Source: an uncultured Planctomycetales bacterium (GTDB taxonomy: Bacteria; Planctomycetota; Planctomycetia; Pirellulales; JAEUIK01). From it: 64,000 nucleotides of DNA. The notes beneath the pieces were generated by a model. The model was not told the origin of the DNA, ran no database searches, and was given only the letters and a program-made list of their open reading frames with translations. A program made the position numbers and the translations under genes. Positions 29,031-38,445 of the stretch are shown one piece after another; position 1 is the first letter of the stretch, and every line of letters starts with the position of its first letter. The DNA lies in the NCBI GenBank assembly GCA_938003525.1, contig CALKYM010000053.1:882-64881 (forward strand), in the 5' to 3' direction.

Positions 29031-30215
29031 CTACCAATCCTCTGGCGCCAGTTCGATCGCTTCTTGCGACGCGCGCATCTGCTGCGCGTGGCGCACGAGC
29101 TTGCCTCGCACTTTGCGCAGCTCGGGCGACAGGCCCTCTTGAGGAATCTTGGCCAGCACGGCCAGCGCTTGTCCAGGGCGCCGCTGCCGTTGGATCAGAA
29201 TCTGTGCCAAGCCCAGCCGCACTCGGATCGACTTGTCGGGAAACCGCCGCACGTATTCCACCATCAGCGGGACGCTCTCTGCATACAGCTTGTCCGCGTG
29301 CAGAGTTTGGACCAGCCGCAACAGATCGTCCCGCTCAAGTCTCCAAGCCGGCAGCGTCTTGGCGGCTCGCTGGTGCACGAACAGCGCCAGCCGGCCCTGC
29401 TTTTGACTGAGCAGGCTGCGGAGCTTCTCCGTCTCCGTCGCTGCCGTCGCCTCGATCCGCTGCTCGCGCTGTTCGGCATCCTCGGCCGGCTCGATCTCCG
29501 GCTCATCCTGTTTGGCCCAAGGTCCGTAGTCGCCCTTCCAGACCGACCAGGCATCCCAGTTCTCGCAATCGACGACGCCCCGCGACAAGAGCACGATGCC
29601 GATCGGCAGGCCGACCAGCGCGCCCATCACATGCAGGGTGGGCGTCACCAGCGCGAAGCCGGTCAGATACGCGAAGAATCCGTCGAGCAAAACGTAGGCC
29701 AGCGCGAACAGCCAGATGGGCACGTCGTAAGTGGCGGCTCGAAAGATGGGAAAGAGCCACACCGAGACGGTGAATTCGATGCAGTTCACCGGCGCCCACA
29801 GCGCGGAGATGGCGAGCAGTCCATAGATGATGGCCGATGCGCCGAGTGAGTAGCCGCCTTCGGCCGTGAAGAGAGAGATCGACTGCTCCAGGCCGCTTTG
29901 CACGAAACCGATCGTGAGGTACACGGCCAGGAATCGCCACGCGCCGAGTTTGCCCTCGACCACCAGGCCGAACAGCCAGAGAAAGAGCATGTTGCCGATC
30001 AGGTGCATCAGATCGGCGTGCAGAAAGTTCGAGGTGATCCACTGATACGGATAGAGACCGGCGCCGCGTTCGAGCGCCAGGGCCATCTCCCAATCGGCAT
30101 CGCGGACAACGCCCGTCGCGGCGAATACCAGCGTGTTGACGACGATCAGCCCGATGGTGACGTACGGGAAGTGATAGACCGGCGCATCGGTACCCGTCGG
30201 CACGAACAACAACAT
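29031..30215 (-). CDS. rhomboid-family intramembrane serine protease with C-terminal TPR-like extension
   Basis: 394-aa ORF with ATG at 30215. HLIGNMLFLWLFG and the catalytic GASAIIYGLL (GxSG) sit within a 6-7 TM core. The C-terminal ~150 aa is soluble and helical. Confidence 0.85.
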   Translation of the reverse strand: MLLFVPTGTDAPVYHFPYVTIGLIVVNTLVFAATGVVRDADWEMALALERGAGLYPYQWITSNFLHADLMHLIGNMLFLWLFGLVVEGKLGAWRFLAVYLTIGFVQSGLEQSISLFTAEGGYSLGASAIIYGLLAISALWAPVNCIEFTVSVWLFPIFRAATYDVPIWLFALAYVLLDGFFAYLTGFALVTPTLHVMGALVGLPIGIVLLSRGVVDCENWDAWSVWKGDYGPWAKQDEPEIEPAEDAEQREQRIEATAATETEKLRSLLSQKQGRLALFVHQRAAKTLPAWRLERDDLLRLVQTLHADKLYAESVPLMVEYVRRFPDKSIRVRLGLAQILIQRQRRPGQALAVLAKIPQEGLSPELRKVRGKLVRHAQQMRASQEAIELAPEDW

Positions 30216-30776
30216 GATCGCTCACGACGAGCGATGGCTCGTCGCCCTGACCCCTCGATACCAGAGCGACCGACCGTTGAGCAGTCGGCCTGCCCCACTA
30301 CGTAGACTGCGCCGCCGGCGACAGCTGGTAGACAGAATGGCGGCGCAGTCGTGAACGAAACTCGGCCGATGTCACGTTCACATTGGCGAAGGCGAAGCGA
30401 TCATCGTGGTTAGCGAACCCGCTCGGTTCGTGACCGCTCCCGTTGTCCAGGTATTCGCGTTCGCGGGCGCGATCTTGCGGTCGATCAGCCGGTCGCGTGC
30501 AAGTCCCAATCGGCAATTGCTTTGTTCGGAAACGTTGGCCACGAGACTCTTGGACTTGCGCCCGGTAGCGCACGCCGTGCGGCATCATCGCGCGCGGGTT
30601 GCTCGATTCGGCAGCTTGCCATGCAGTTGCTTCTGCGTAACCGCGCGGCAGTTTGCACATTTCGGCAACCGCTCCTAAACTGCCAGAGCGTTGTCGCTCC
30701 GCGCTACAGTGTACGACTCGATAAGCGAGACAATGCGGCGACATGATGCGGCCATGGGCCGCAGGAGATTTCTCCC

Positions 30777-32126
30777 ATGCTCGAACTAACCGGCGGTGGA
30801 CGACGGTTGTGCGACCGACTGTCGCGGCGGAGTTTCATTCGCGCCGGTTTCGTCGGCGGCGCGGGACTGACGTTGGCCGACTACCTGCGGCTGCGCCAAG
30901 CGCAGGCAGCCACCTCGGGTGGCCCGGCGCGTCCCGAGCGCTCGGTGATTCTCGTCTGGCAGCATGGCGGACCTTCGCAGCTCGACACGTTCGATATGAA
31001 GCCCGCGGCGACTGCCGAAGTGCGCGGGCCGTACCGCCCGATGTCGACGTCTGTGTCGGGCATCCACATCTGTGAGCACATGCCGTATCACGCGCAGGTG
31101 ATGGACAAGCTCACCATTCATCGCGGCTTCACGCACGGCAACTCCGACCACTACGCGGCCTCGCATTGGATTCTCACCGGTTACATCGGCGCGAACGGTT
31201 CGAATCAGACGCCGCGCAATCCATCGATGGGCTCGATCGCCTCGCGACTGCTGGGCGCAAAGCGATCGGATGTGCCGTCCTACGTGAACATTAACGACGG
31301 CGGCTTCGGCTATCACGGCGCCACCTATCTCGGCGTGGCGCACAACCCGTTCCGCACGGGCAGCTACAGCTATGGCAATGAAGGGCCGCAACTCACCACC
31401 TCGGGCGACGGCAGCTTCGCGCTGGTCGACGGGCTCTCGTCCGAGACGCTCCGCGACCGGGCAACGCTATTAGGCAGCTTCGATCGACTGCGCCGCGACG
31501 TCGATCAGGCGGGCGTGTTCGACGGTATGGACAGCATCAATCGGCAGGCGCTCGAAATGCTGCTCTCGGGCAGGGCCCGCGAGGCGTTCGATTTGGATCG
31601 CGAAGACACGGCCACGCGCCAGCGCTACGGAGATGGCTGGGGTGAGCAGGCGCTACTTGCCCGGCGTTTGATTGAAGCCGGCGTGCGCTTCGTCACGCTC
31701 AACACGGGTTACTGGGACGACCACGGCAACATCAAGGGTCGGCTGGACGACAAACTGCCGCGGCACGATCGCGCCGTGGGCGTGCTGATTGCCGACCTGG
31801 CCGAGCGCGGCTTGCTCGACGATACGTTGGTGATCACGGCCGGCGAGTTCGGCCGCACGCCGCGGATAAACGGCGACGCCGGACGCGACCACTGGCCGCA
31901 AGCGCAGAGCATCGCCCTGGCAGGCGGCGGCTACCGCGGCGGCCAGGTGCTCGGGGCAACCAACGACAAGGCCGAACATCCCATCGAAGGCGCCTTCGGA
32001 CCTAACGACTTCAGCGCTATCATCTACCAGGCCCTCGGCCTCGATCCCACCACGACCATCCCCAACCACGCCGGCCGGCCGATCCACCTGCTGGAAAAAG
32101 GCGAAGTGCCGGCGGGTTTGGTGTAG
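30777..32126 (+). CDS. DUF1501 domain protein (second copy, no DUF1549/1553 partner adjacent)
   Basis: 449-aa ORF with ATG at 30777 and AGGAG upstream. RRSFIRAGFVGGAGL is a Tat signal. GGPSQLDTFDMKP and AGEFGRTPRINGDAGRDHWP are DUF1501 hallmarks. Confidence 0.85.
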   Translation: MLELTGGGRRLCDRLSRRSFIRAGFVGGAGLTLADYLRLRQAQAATSGGPARPERSVILVWQHGGPSQLDTFDMKPAATAEVRGPYRPMSTSVSGIHICEHMPYHAQVMDKLTIHRGFTHGNSDHYAASHWILTGYIGANGSNQTPRNPSMGSIASRLLGAKRSDVPSYVNINDGGFGYHGATYLGVAHNPFRTGSYSYGNEGPQLTTSGDGSFALVDGLSSETLRDRATLLGSFDRLRRDVDQAGVFDGMDSINRQALEMLLSGRAREAFDLDREDTATRQRYGDGWGEQALLARRLIEAGVRFVTLNTGYWDDHGNIKGRLDDKLPRHDRAVGVLIADLAERGLLDDTLVITAGEFGRTPRINGDAGRDHWPQAQSIALAGGGYRGGQVLGATNDKAEHPIEGAFGPNDFSAIIYQALGLDPTTTIPNHAGRPIHLLEKGEVPAGLV

Positions 32127-32134
32127 GGCAGTTT

Positions 32135-32250
32135 ATGTAGGGCATCGCACTCCGTGCGTGCCGCTGCATGATTCGAGCGAATCGAGGCGTTCGTGTGAAC
32201 CGCGCAGGCGACAAGGGCCAATTGGTATGCACGGCGTGCACACCCTACAT
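32135..32250. repeat. REP-like imperfect inverted repeat pair in a convergent intergenic region
   Basis: The left arm is ATGTAGGGCATCGCACTCCGTGCGTGCC (32135..32162). The right arm is GGTATGCACGGCGTGCACACCCTACAT (32224..32250), which is the imperfect reverse complement of the left. Each arm also folds on itself (GGCA-T-CGCAC/GTGCG-TGCC). GTAGGGCA occurs additionally at 32123..32130, overlapping the DUF1501 stop codon. Confidence 0.5.
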
Positions 32251-32273
32251 CGTGAGTCAAACTGAGAAACTCA

Positions 32274-33359
32274 CTATCCTGTCTCTTCCCACGTATACAG
32301 CGCCACACTCTCTTCCAGCCGGGTTCCGTCGGCGTCGGTGATGGCGAACTGTTTGGGGCCCCACATGGCGAGACCGGCGTGGCGGCCGTCTTTGGCGAGC
32401 AGGTAGAACTGCAAGTTGAATTTCGGGCGGCCTTGTTCGTCGCGTAGCCGCGGCTCACAGTGTTTCGCCACGCGGCGCAAGACTTCCAGGCCGGCTTCTT
32501 CGGGCGACATGCCGCCCCGCATGAGTTCGACGCCGGCAAAGCTGCATAGGTTTTGCAGGTTCTCCTCGCCGCGGCCGGTGCTGCCGCACGAGCCAATCTC
32601 GTTGTCGACGTAGAGACCTGCGCCGATGATCGGCGAGTCGCCCACACGGCCGGCCAGCTTGAACGCCAACCCGCTGGTGCTCGTCACGCAGGAGATGTCG
32701 CCGTCGGCGTTGCGAGCCGCGCAGTGAATCGTGCCGGTCGGTCGCTCGAAGAACTCGCGGACGTCGGGATCGAGTTGTTCCCTGGGCGGCGGCAGCCAGT
32801 CGTCGCGGTCGGAACGCGTCTGCCGCCAGTAAAGCCAAATCTTGCGGGCTTTTTCCGTGAGCAGGTTCTGTTCTTCGAAACCCTGTGCCCGGGCGAATCG
32901 CAGCGCACCTTCGCCAACGAGCAACACGTGGTCGGTCTGTTCGAGCACAAGCTGAGCAACCCGGGCGGGATTGCGAATTTTGCGCAGCGCCGCAACCGCT
33001 CCCGCACGGTGAGTCGGACCGTGCATCACCGCCGCGTCGAGCTCGACGATGCCGTCTTCGTTGGGCAGGCCGCCGTAACCGACCGAGGTGTCCTCGGGAT
33101 CGTCTTCGACCAGCGTCACGCCGGCGACTGCGGCATCGAGGGTGTCGGCCCCATCGAGCATCAGTTCATAGGCACGTCGGGTGGCTTCCAATCCGTTTTT
33201 CGAGGAGATGGCTTTCACCTGCGCGGGATCCTGCTGCGAAGTATTCTGGGTTTGGGCGCGAACGTGTTCCGTGAGCGAGAGACCGCCAAGCGTTGCGGCC
33301 GTCCCGACGAGAAACCCTCGCCGTGATGCCTGGCCCGACTGTTGTTCTGGCTGATTCAT
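32274..33359 (-). CDS. N4-(beta-N-acetylglucosaminyl)-L-asparaginase / isoaspartyl peptidase family (Ntn hydrolase), Tat signal
   Basis: ORF 32274..33428, with the start moved to ATG 33359 (MNQPEQQSGQASRRGFLVGTAATLGGL). GTIHCAARNADGD, GDSPIIGAGLYVDN and GSTGRGEE match asparaginase_2 family motifs. Confidence 0.8.
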   Translation of the reverse strand: MNQPEQQSGQASRRGFLVGTAATLGGLSLTEHVRAQTQNTSQQDPAQVKAISSKNGLEATRRAYELMLDGADTLDAAVAGVTLVEDDPEDTSVGYGGLPNEDGIVELDAAVMHGPTHRAGAVAALRKIRNPARVAQLVLEQTDHVLLVGEGALRFARAQGFEEQNLLTEKARKIWLYWRQTRSDRDDWLPPPREQLDPDVREFFERPTGTIHCAARNADGDISCVTSTSGLAFKLAGRVGDSPIIGAGLYVDNEIGSCGSTGRGEENLQNLCSFAGVELMRGGMSPEEAGLEVLRRVAKHCEPRLRDEQGRPKFNLQFYLLAKDGRHAGLAMWGPKQFAITDADGTRLEESVALYTWEETG

Positions 33360-33467
33360 CGACGACCTGCAACGAAGCGTCTGACGTTGGCGAGAGCGAT
33401 GGCTACGGCATCGAGTCTTGGCCGCCAACGGTGCCGCGTCAAGTTCCGACTCGCGGAAGCGTGTCGA

Positions 33468-34424
33468 CTACGACTCCGCCCCGCCCGCCGCGAAAGAGTC
33501 GATTTCGCTGCGCCTCGGCAACGACGGCTGCGCGCCGGCGCGGGTCACCGCGATGGCCGCGGCCTGCATGGCAAAGTTCGCTGCATCACAAAGCGGCTGG
33601 CCCTCGGCCAGCGCTACGGCCAACGCGCCATTGAATGCATCGCCGGCGGCCGTCGCGTCGACCGGCTCGACACGATACGCCGGTAGGTGTTCAACCGAGC
33701 TGTCACACACCAGACAGCCTGCGGCGCCGAGCGTCACGACGACGGCCCCAGCACCCGCTTTTTGCAGTTGTCGAGCGGCCCGTTCCGCTTGATCCGGCAA
33801 ACTGTCCGCGTCTGTCGCAACTTGCAATCCGGCCAGCATGGCCGCTTCGATCGCATTCGGCGTGAGCACATCGACCAATTCGAGGCAACCAGTTTCGAGG
33901 AGCCCCGCATCGGCCGGGGCCGGATTCAGCACCGTCGTCAGGCCATGCGCGCGGCCGCGATGCAATGCGGCGACGACGGTTTCCAGCGGCGACTCGCAAC
34001 ACGTGAGCAACACGCGGGCAGAGGTAAACAGGTCTTCCGGCAAGTGCTCGACATCTTGCGGGCCCAAGAACAGGTTCGCGCCGGAGGCCACACTGATCGC
34101 GTTTTCGCCGCCGGCATCGACCATGATCAGCGCGACGCCGGAGGGCGTGTCGCCGACCGTGCGAATGAATCGACCGTCGAGATTCTCGCGACCAAGATCT
34201 TCGAGCGCCTGGCGGCCAAAATCATCTTCGCCAACTGCCGCCACCAGTGCCACGGGACTTGTTGCGGCCCGCGCGGCGGCGACCGCCTGATTGGCGCCCT
34301 TGCCACCACCGGCGCGAAAGAACGTCCCGCCCAGCACTGTCTCGCCGGGCCGCGGCAAGCGCGGGCCTTGGATGACGAGATCGGTGTTGATCGAGCCGAC
34401 GACGATGATCGACGGTGAGCTCAT
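33468..34424 (-). CDS. rbsK: ribokinase (PfkB family)
   Basis: 318-aa ORF with ATG at 34424. IIVVGSINTDLVI, GGKGANQAVAAA and the C-terminal VDATAAGDAFNGALA anion-hole/catalytic motif are present. Confidence 0.85.
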   Translation of the reverse strand: MSSPSIIVVGSINTDLVIQGPRLPRPGETVLGGTFFRAGGGKGANQAVAAARAATSPVALVAAVGEDDFGRQALEDLGRENLDGRFIRTVGDTPSGVALIMVDAGGENAISVASGANLFLGPQDVEHLPEDLFTSARVLLTCCESPLETVVAALHRGRAHGLTTVLNPAPADAGLLETGCLELVDVLTPNAIEAAMLAGLQVATDADSLPDQAERAARQLQKAGAGAVVVTLGAAGCLVCDSSVEHLPAYRVEPVDATAAGDAFNGALAVALAEGQPLCDAANFAMQAAAIAVTRAGAQPSLPRRSEIDSFAAGGAES

Positions 34425-34559
34425 GTGCTGCTACGAACAGGAGTATCAAAACAGGCAAGTCTGGCGCATCTTGTCGGGCGGACGCGTCTTGCAGCGGCAA
34501 CGCTTTTCGGCCGAAAGATGAGCCGGTGCCCGAATGAGCCACGCGCCGACCCGCACAGC

Positions 34560-35339
34560 TTAATCTGGCTCGCCCCAACCGAGATAGCGGCCCGCCCAGG
34601 CGGCGAGCACTTCGGCCACGAAATGGGCATCGCGCGGATTGCGGACCAGCAAGTGATCGGCACCGTCGAGCGAAACAAAGCTCTTGGGATGCCGGGCATG
34701 TTCGAAGATATGGCGGGCGTGCTCGATACCGACAACATTGTCGGTCGGCGAATGCAACACCAGCAGCGGCCGCCCGAGATTCTCGATGGCATGATCGAGT
34801 CGCTGCTCGTTCAGATCGTCGAGAAACTGTCGCGTGACACGAAACGGCTGCCCACCGAGATGAACTTCGGCTTCGCCACCTGAGGCCAAATCGGGACTGA
34901 GTTCGACGAGGACGTCGTGCAGATGTTGCGTGGATGAGGGCGCGGCAATCGTCGCTACGGCACGCGATTCGGGCACGCGATTCGCTGCCGCCAACACGGC
35001 CGCCCCACCCAGGCTGTGTCCAATAATCAACTGCGGCGCGGAATGCTCTCGGCGGAGATAATCGGCCGCCGCCAAGAGGTCGAAGAGGTTCGAGGAGAAG
35101 TTGGTTTCCGCAAAGTCGCCTTCGCTCTCACCCAGCCCCGTGAAGTCAAACCTCAGCACGGCGATGCCGTACTCCGCGAGTCGCCGGGTGACGCGGGGAA
35201 CTGCCTTGAGGTCCTTCGAGCAACTGAAACAGTGCGCAAACAGCGCAAATGCTCGCGGTGGCCCCTCGGGCATCTCCAGGCGCGCCGCCAACTCATGCCC
35301 CAGCGCACCGGGGAACTCGACTCGCAGTGTCTTACCCAT
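34560..35339 (-). CDS. alpha/beta-fold hydrolase
   Basis: 259-aa ORF with ATG at 35339. It has the nucleophile elbow IGHSLGG and a late DH pair (GADHLL). Confidence 0.8.
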   Translation of the reverse strand: MGKTLRVEFPGALGHELAARLEMPEGPPRAFALFAHCFSCSKDLKAVPRVTRRLAEYGIAVLRFDFTGLGESEGDFAETNFSSNLFDLLAAADYLRREHSAPQLIIGHSLGGAAVLAAANRVPESRAVATIAAPSSTQHLHDVLVELSPDLASGGEAEVHLGGQPFRVTRQFLDDLNEQRLDHAIENLGRPLLVLHSPTDNVVGIEHARHIFEHARHPKSFVSLDGADHLLVRNPRDAHFVAEVLAAWAGRYLGWGEPD

Positions 35340-35629
35340 CGAATACGCCCGCCGCTCTATCGACGTCTTGCGCTGTGTGCAATCGACCGGCCCGCATCAT
35401 AGCGGACAGCTGCGCATTTTGGGTGCAGATGGGCTCTCCCGCGTCGAGCGGAAATCTGGCTGAAGAAAACCCATCGGCAAGCCGCCTCTTGTGCAGCTAG
35501 CAATTGCCACTTAAGGCCGTCGTGCGAATCGATCTTGACCCCCTATGGCCCAATGTCGAGACTGCCGCCGCGCAACGCGTGTCGCCGGCTCGGCGGACGG
35601 CACTTAGGGCTCTATCTCAGGAGATACGC

Positions 35630-36943
35630 GTGTCGTCAACGCTTCCTTCAACCACGGGCACTGGCTCGGGCAATCGCGACTTAGTTCGCGAGCAGTACGA
35701 ACAGTTCCCTTACCCACCGCGCGATCCGCGCGAAGAGCGTACGCGGCTCAAGCGCACCTACCTCGACGCGCTGGAAGTAATCAATCACTACGGTTTCGGT
35801 GGCCGCCGCGACATGCGACAGGGCCTGCGTGCCCTGGTGGCCGGCGGCGGGACGGGCGATGCGGCGATCCATCTCGCCGAGCAGCTCCGCGAGACGCCGT
35901 CGCGGGTCGTGTATGTCGATATCAGTCGCACGTCGATGGAGATCGCGCAGCAGCGAGCGGCAGTGCGCGGACTCAACAATATCGAGTGGCATCTCGCATC
36001 GCTCGTCGAGCTGCCCAAACTGGGCGTGGGTCCCTTCGACTACATCGACTGCGCTGGCGTGCTGCATCATCTCACCGATCCGGCCGCCGGGTTGGCGGCG
36101 CTGGCGAGCGTGCTGGCCGAAGACGGTGTGCTGGGTCTGATGCTGTACGCGAAATATGGGCGCACTGGCGTCTACCAGATGCAGGAGTTGCTGCAACTCA
36201 TCACGGCCAATCAACACAGCGCGGCGGAGAGGCTCTCGACGACGCGACGCGTGCTCCGCACGGCGCCGGAGACCAACTGGTATCGCAAAGGCGCCCACCT
36301 GTTCGTCGAAAACGATCAATCGTCGGATGCCGACTTGTTCGATCTCTTGCTGCACTCGCAGGATCGCGCGTACAGCGTGCGCGACGTTCATGAGCTGTTG
36401 GCCACGAGCGATCTGCACCTGATCGAGTTCAACCCCGAGTTGCGGGCCCGCTACCGGCCGCGATTCACGATTACCGATCCCGAGCTGACGGCGCTTGTTC
36501 GCGAGCTGCCACTCGCCGAGCAACAGGCGGTCTCCGAACTTATGACGGGTACAATCACACGGCACGAGTTCTACGCTGCCCGCCGGCCCGACACGGCAGC
36601 AACGATCGACTGCATGGAAAACGTCCTCTTCTTTGGTCTGGCGACTGCCTCGATGGGCACGAAGTTGTCGCCCGACTTGTGGGACCTGCGTTTCACCCAG
36701 GCTTTTCGCCTGACGACGAAACCCAGCCCCCTCGCGCACCAGTTCGTATCGCTCATCGACGGCCAACGGACGGTCGGTGAGATAGTTACGCAGCTCGTGC
36801 AAACGGGAGCCGCTACCGATGCGCCGACAGCATTCACGAACGTCTGCGAGTGCTACGAACTGCTGAACCTGATCGACGTATTGCTGCTACGGCACAGAGA
36901 TGTCCCACTTTACCGTCCACTGCAACAGCGCAACGTCGCTTAG
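35630..36943 (+). CDS. class I SAM-dependent methyltransferase with C-terminal domain of unknown function
   Basis: ORF 35504..36943. GTG at 35630 is preferred (AGGAG 6 nt upstream). YEQFPYPPRDP at the N-terminus and motif I LVAGGGTGDAAIHLA are present, with a ~250-aa extension. Confidence 0.7.
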   Translation: MSSTLPSTTGTGSGNRDLVREQYEQFPYPPRDPREERTRLKRTYLDALEVINHYGFGGRRDMRQGLRALVAGGGTGDAAIHLAEQLRETPSRVVYVDISRTSMEIAQQRAAVRGLNNIEWHLASLVELPKLGVGPFDYIDCAGVLHHLTDPAAGLAALASVLAEDGVLGLMLYAKYGRTGVYQMQELLQLITANQHSAAERLSTTRRVLRTAPETNWYRKGAHLFVENDQSSDADLFDLLLHSQDRAYSVRDVHELLATSDLHLIEFNPELRARYRPRFTITDPELTALVRELPLAEQQAVSELMTGTITRHEFYAARRPDTAATIDCMENVLFFGLATASMGTKLSPDLWDLRFTQAFRLTTKPSPLAHQFVSLIDGQRTVGEIVTQLVQTGAATDAPTAFTNVCECYELLNLIDVLLLRHRDVPLYRPLQQRNVA

Positions 36944-37322
36944 CTGGCTCGCAGTTATCTCAGGCCCGACTCATCTCTCTCGACAGTACTGTTGTACCGT
37001 CATTTCGCTTCAGTCGCCGGCGACGACATGCGATGCCGAAGCGCATCAAGCCGTCGAGTCAGACTCGGATGCTTTACTGCTTCCCGACCACCGCGTGCGT
37101 GCCTATACTTGCAGTTAGTTGGCACCCGAGCGAATCGGAATCGCTGACACGTCAGGGGCACGAAACGACCCGGGTCATCTCCTCGCATGCGTTGTCCGCG
37201 TTCCATGCACTGAGTCGCTGCCGCCGCGAGAACGGTAGTCAGACGGCAGTCTCCATGCCCCACTTCCGGCTCTGATCGCCCGCGCGCCGCACGAGAGGGC
37301 GTACCAATCGGCGCTTGAGCAC

Positions 37323-38429
37323 ATGCAATCCGACAAACTGCGTCGCCAGATTGCCTGGGACGCGGCGCAGATGATGTACCACCGGCAGGAGTCGGAGTAC
37401 TACCGCGCCAAAATGAAGGCCGCGCGGCGGCTCTGCCGCGGTTGGGTCAAACCGCGCGATCTGCCCAGCAATGCGGAAATCCGCGATCAGATTCAATCGC
37501 TGGCCCGCACGCACGAAGGCGATCGGCGTACGGCCAACCTCAGGGAAATGCGACTCGAGGCGCTGAGGATGCTGCGGATTCTTCGCGCCTTCAAACCGCG
37601 ATTGATTGGCAGCACGCTCACCGGGCACGTCCGCCGCGGCTCGGACATCGACATCCATGTCTTCGCCAGCAGTGTCGAATCGGTGACCGGAGCGCTCGAT
37701 CACGAGGGCTGTCGCTACACGGTCGAGCGCAAGCAGGTTCGCAAGCACGGTGTCGAACAGACCTACACCCACGTGCACGTCGAAGACCGCTTCCCGATCG
37801 AGCTCACCGTCTACCCATCCAACATGGCCCACTACGTATTCAAGAGCTCGGTGACCGGCAAAGCGATCGAGCGCGTCAGCCGTGCCGAACTCGAGGAATT
37901 TCTCCAGCGCGAGTATCCGGATCTGGCACTCGAAGAAGAGATGACCACCGTCGAACAGCGACTCGATCGTTTTCAGGTGTACGAAAGCCTGCTGTTGCCG
38001 CTGGAGCATGTGCGACAAAGTCCCAAGTGGCATCCCGAAGGCGACGCGCTCTACCACAGCCTCCAGGTCTTCGATCTGGCCTGCGACCGGCTGCCCAACG
38101 ACGAGGAGTTTCTACTGGCCGCCCTGTTGCACGACGTGGGCAAGGCCATCGATCCGCACGATCACGTGGCGGCGGGACTGGAGGCGCTGGGCGAGTGGAT
38201 AACGCCGCGCACCGCCTGGCTGATCGAACATCACATGGAGGGTATGGCGCTCTTGAACGGCGCGATCGGCGCCCGGGCACGGCGGCGGCTCGAGGCCTCT
38301 GAAGACTACGAGGAACTGAAGATGCTTGCTGAATGCGACCGGGCAGGGCGCGTGGCCGGCGCCGATGCGCCGGAACTCGACGAGGCAATCAGCTACCTCC
38401 GCGAGCTGGCCCGCACGTGCGGCGAATAA
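37323..38429 (+). CDS. nucleotidyltransferase (Pol-beta/MNT-like) - HD phosphohydrolase fusion protein
   Basis: 368-aa ORF with ATG at 37323. GSTLTGHVRRGSDIDIHV is the G-S...D-x-D NTase motif. KWHPEGDALYHSLQV plus LLHDVGK form an HD-domain metal site of the kind seen in CCA-adding enzyme HD domains. Confidence 0.7.
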   Translation: MQSDKLRRQIAWDAAQMMYHRQESEYYRAKMKAARRLCRGWVKPRDLPSNAEIRDQIQSLARTHEGDRRTANLREMRLEALRMLRILRAFKPRLIGSTLTGHVRRGSDIDIHVFASSVESVTGALDHEGCRYTVERKQVRKHGVEQTYTHVHVEDRFPIELTVYPSNMAHYVFKSSVTGKAIERVSRAELEEFLQREYPDLALEEEMTTVEQRLDRFQVYESLLLPLEHVRQSPKWHPEGDALYHSLQVFDLACDRLPNDEEFLLAALLHDVGKAIDPHDHVAAGLEALGEWITPRTAWLIEHHMEGMALLNGAIGARARRRLEASEDYEELKMLAECDRAGRVAGADAPELDEAISYLRELARTCGE

Positions 38430-38445
38430 GCGGCGCCCGCATCTC

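Noticed and set aside
37119-37140. TTGGCAC as a possible sigma-54 -24 element upstream of the NTase-HD gene
   Set aside because: The required TTGC(A/T) -12 element at the 4-5 nt spacing is absent; the sequence continues CCGAGCGAATCGG.
37170-37215. CUGACACGUCAG hairpin followed by CGAAAC, considered as a hammerhead ribozyme core
   Set aside because: The CUGANGA box is not satisfied (CUGACAC), and no three-stem junction can be drawn.
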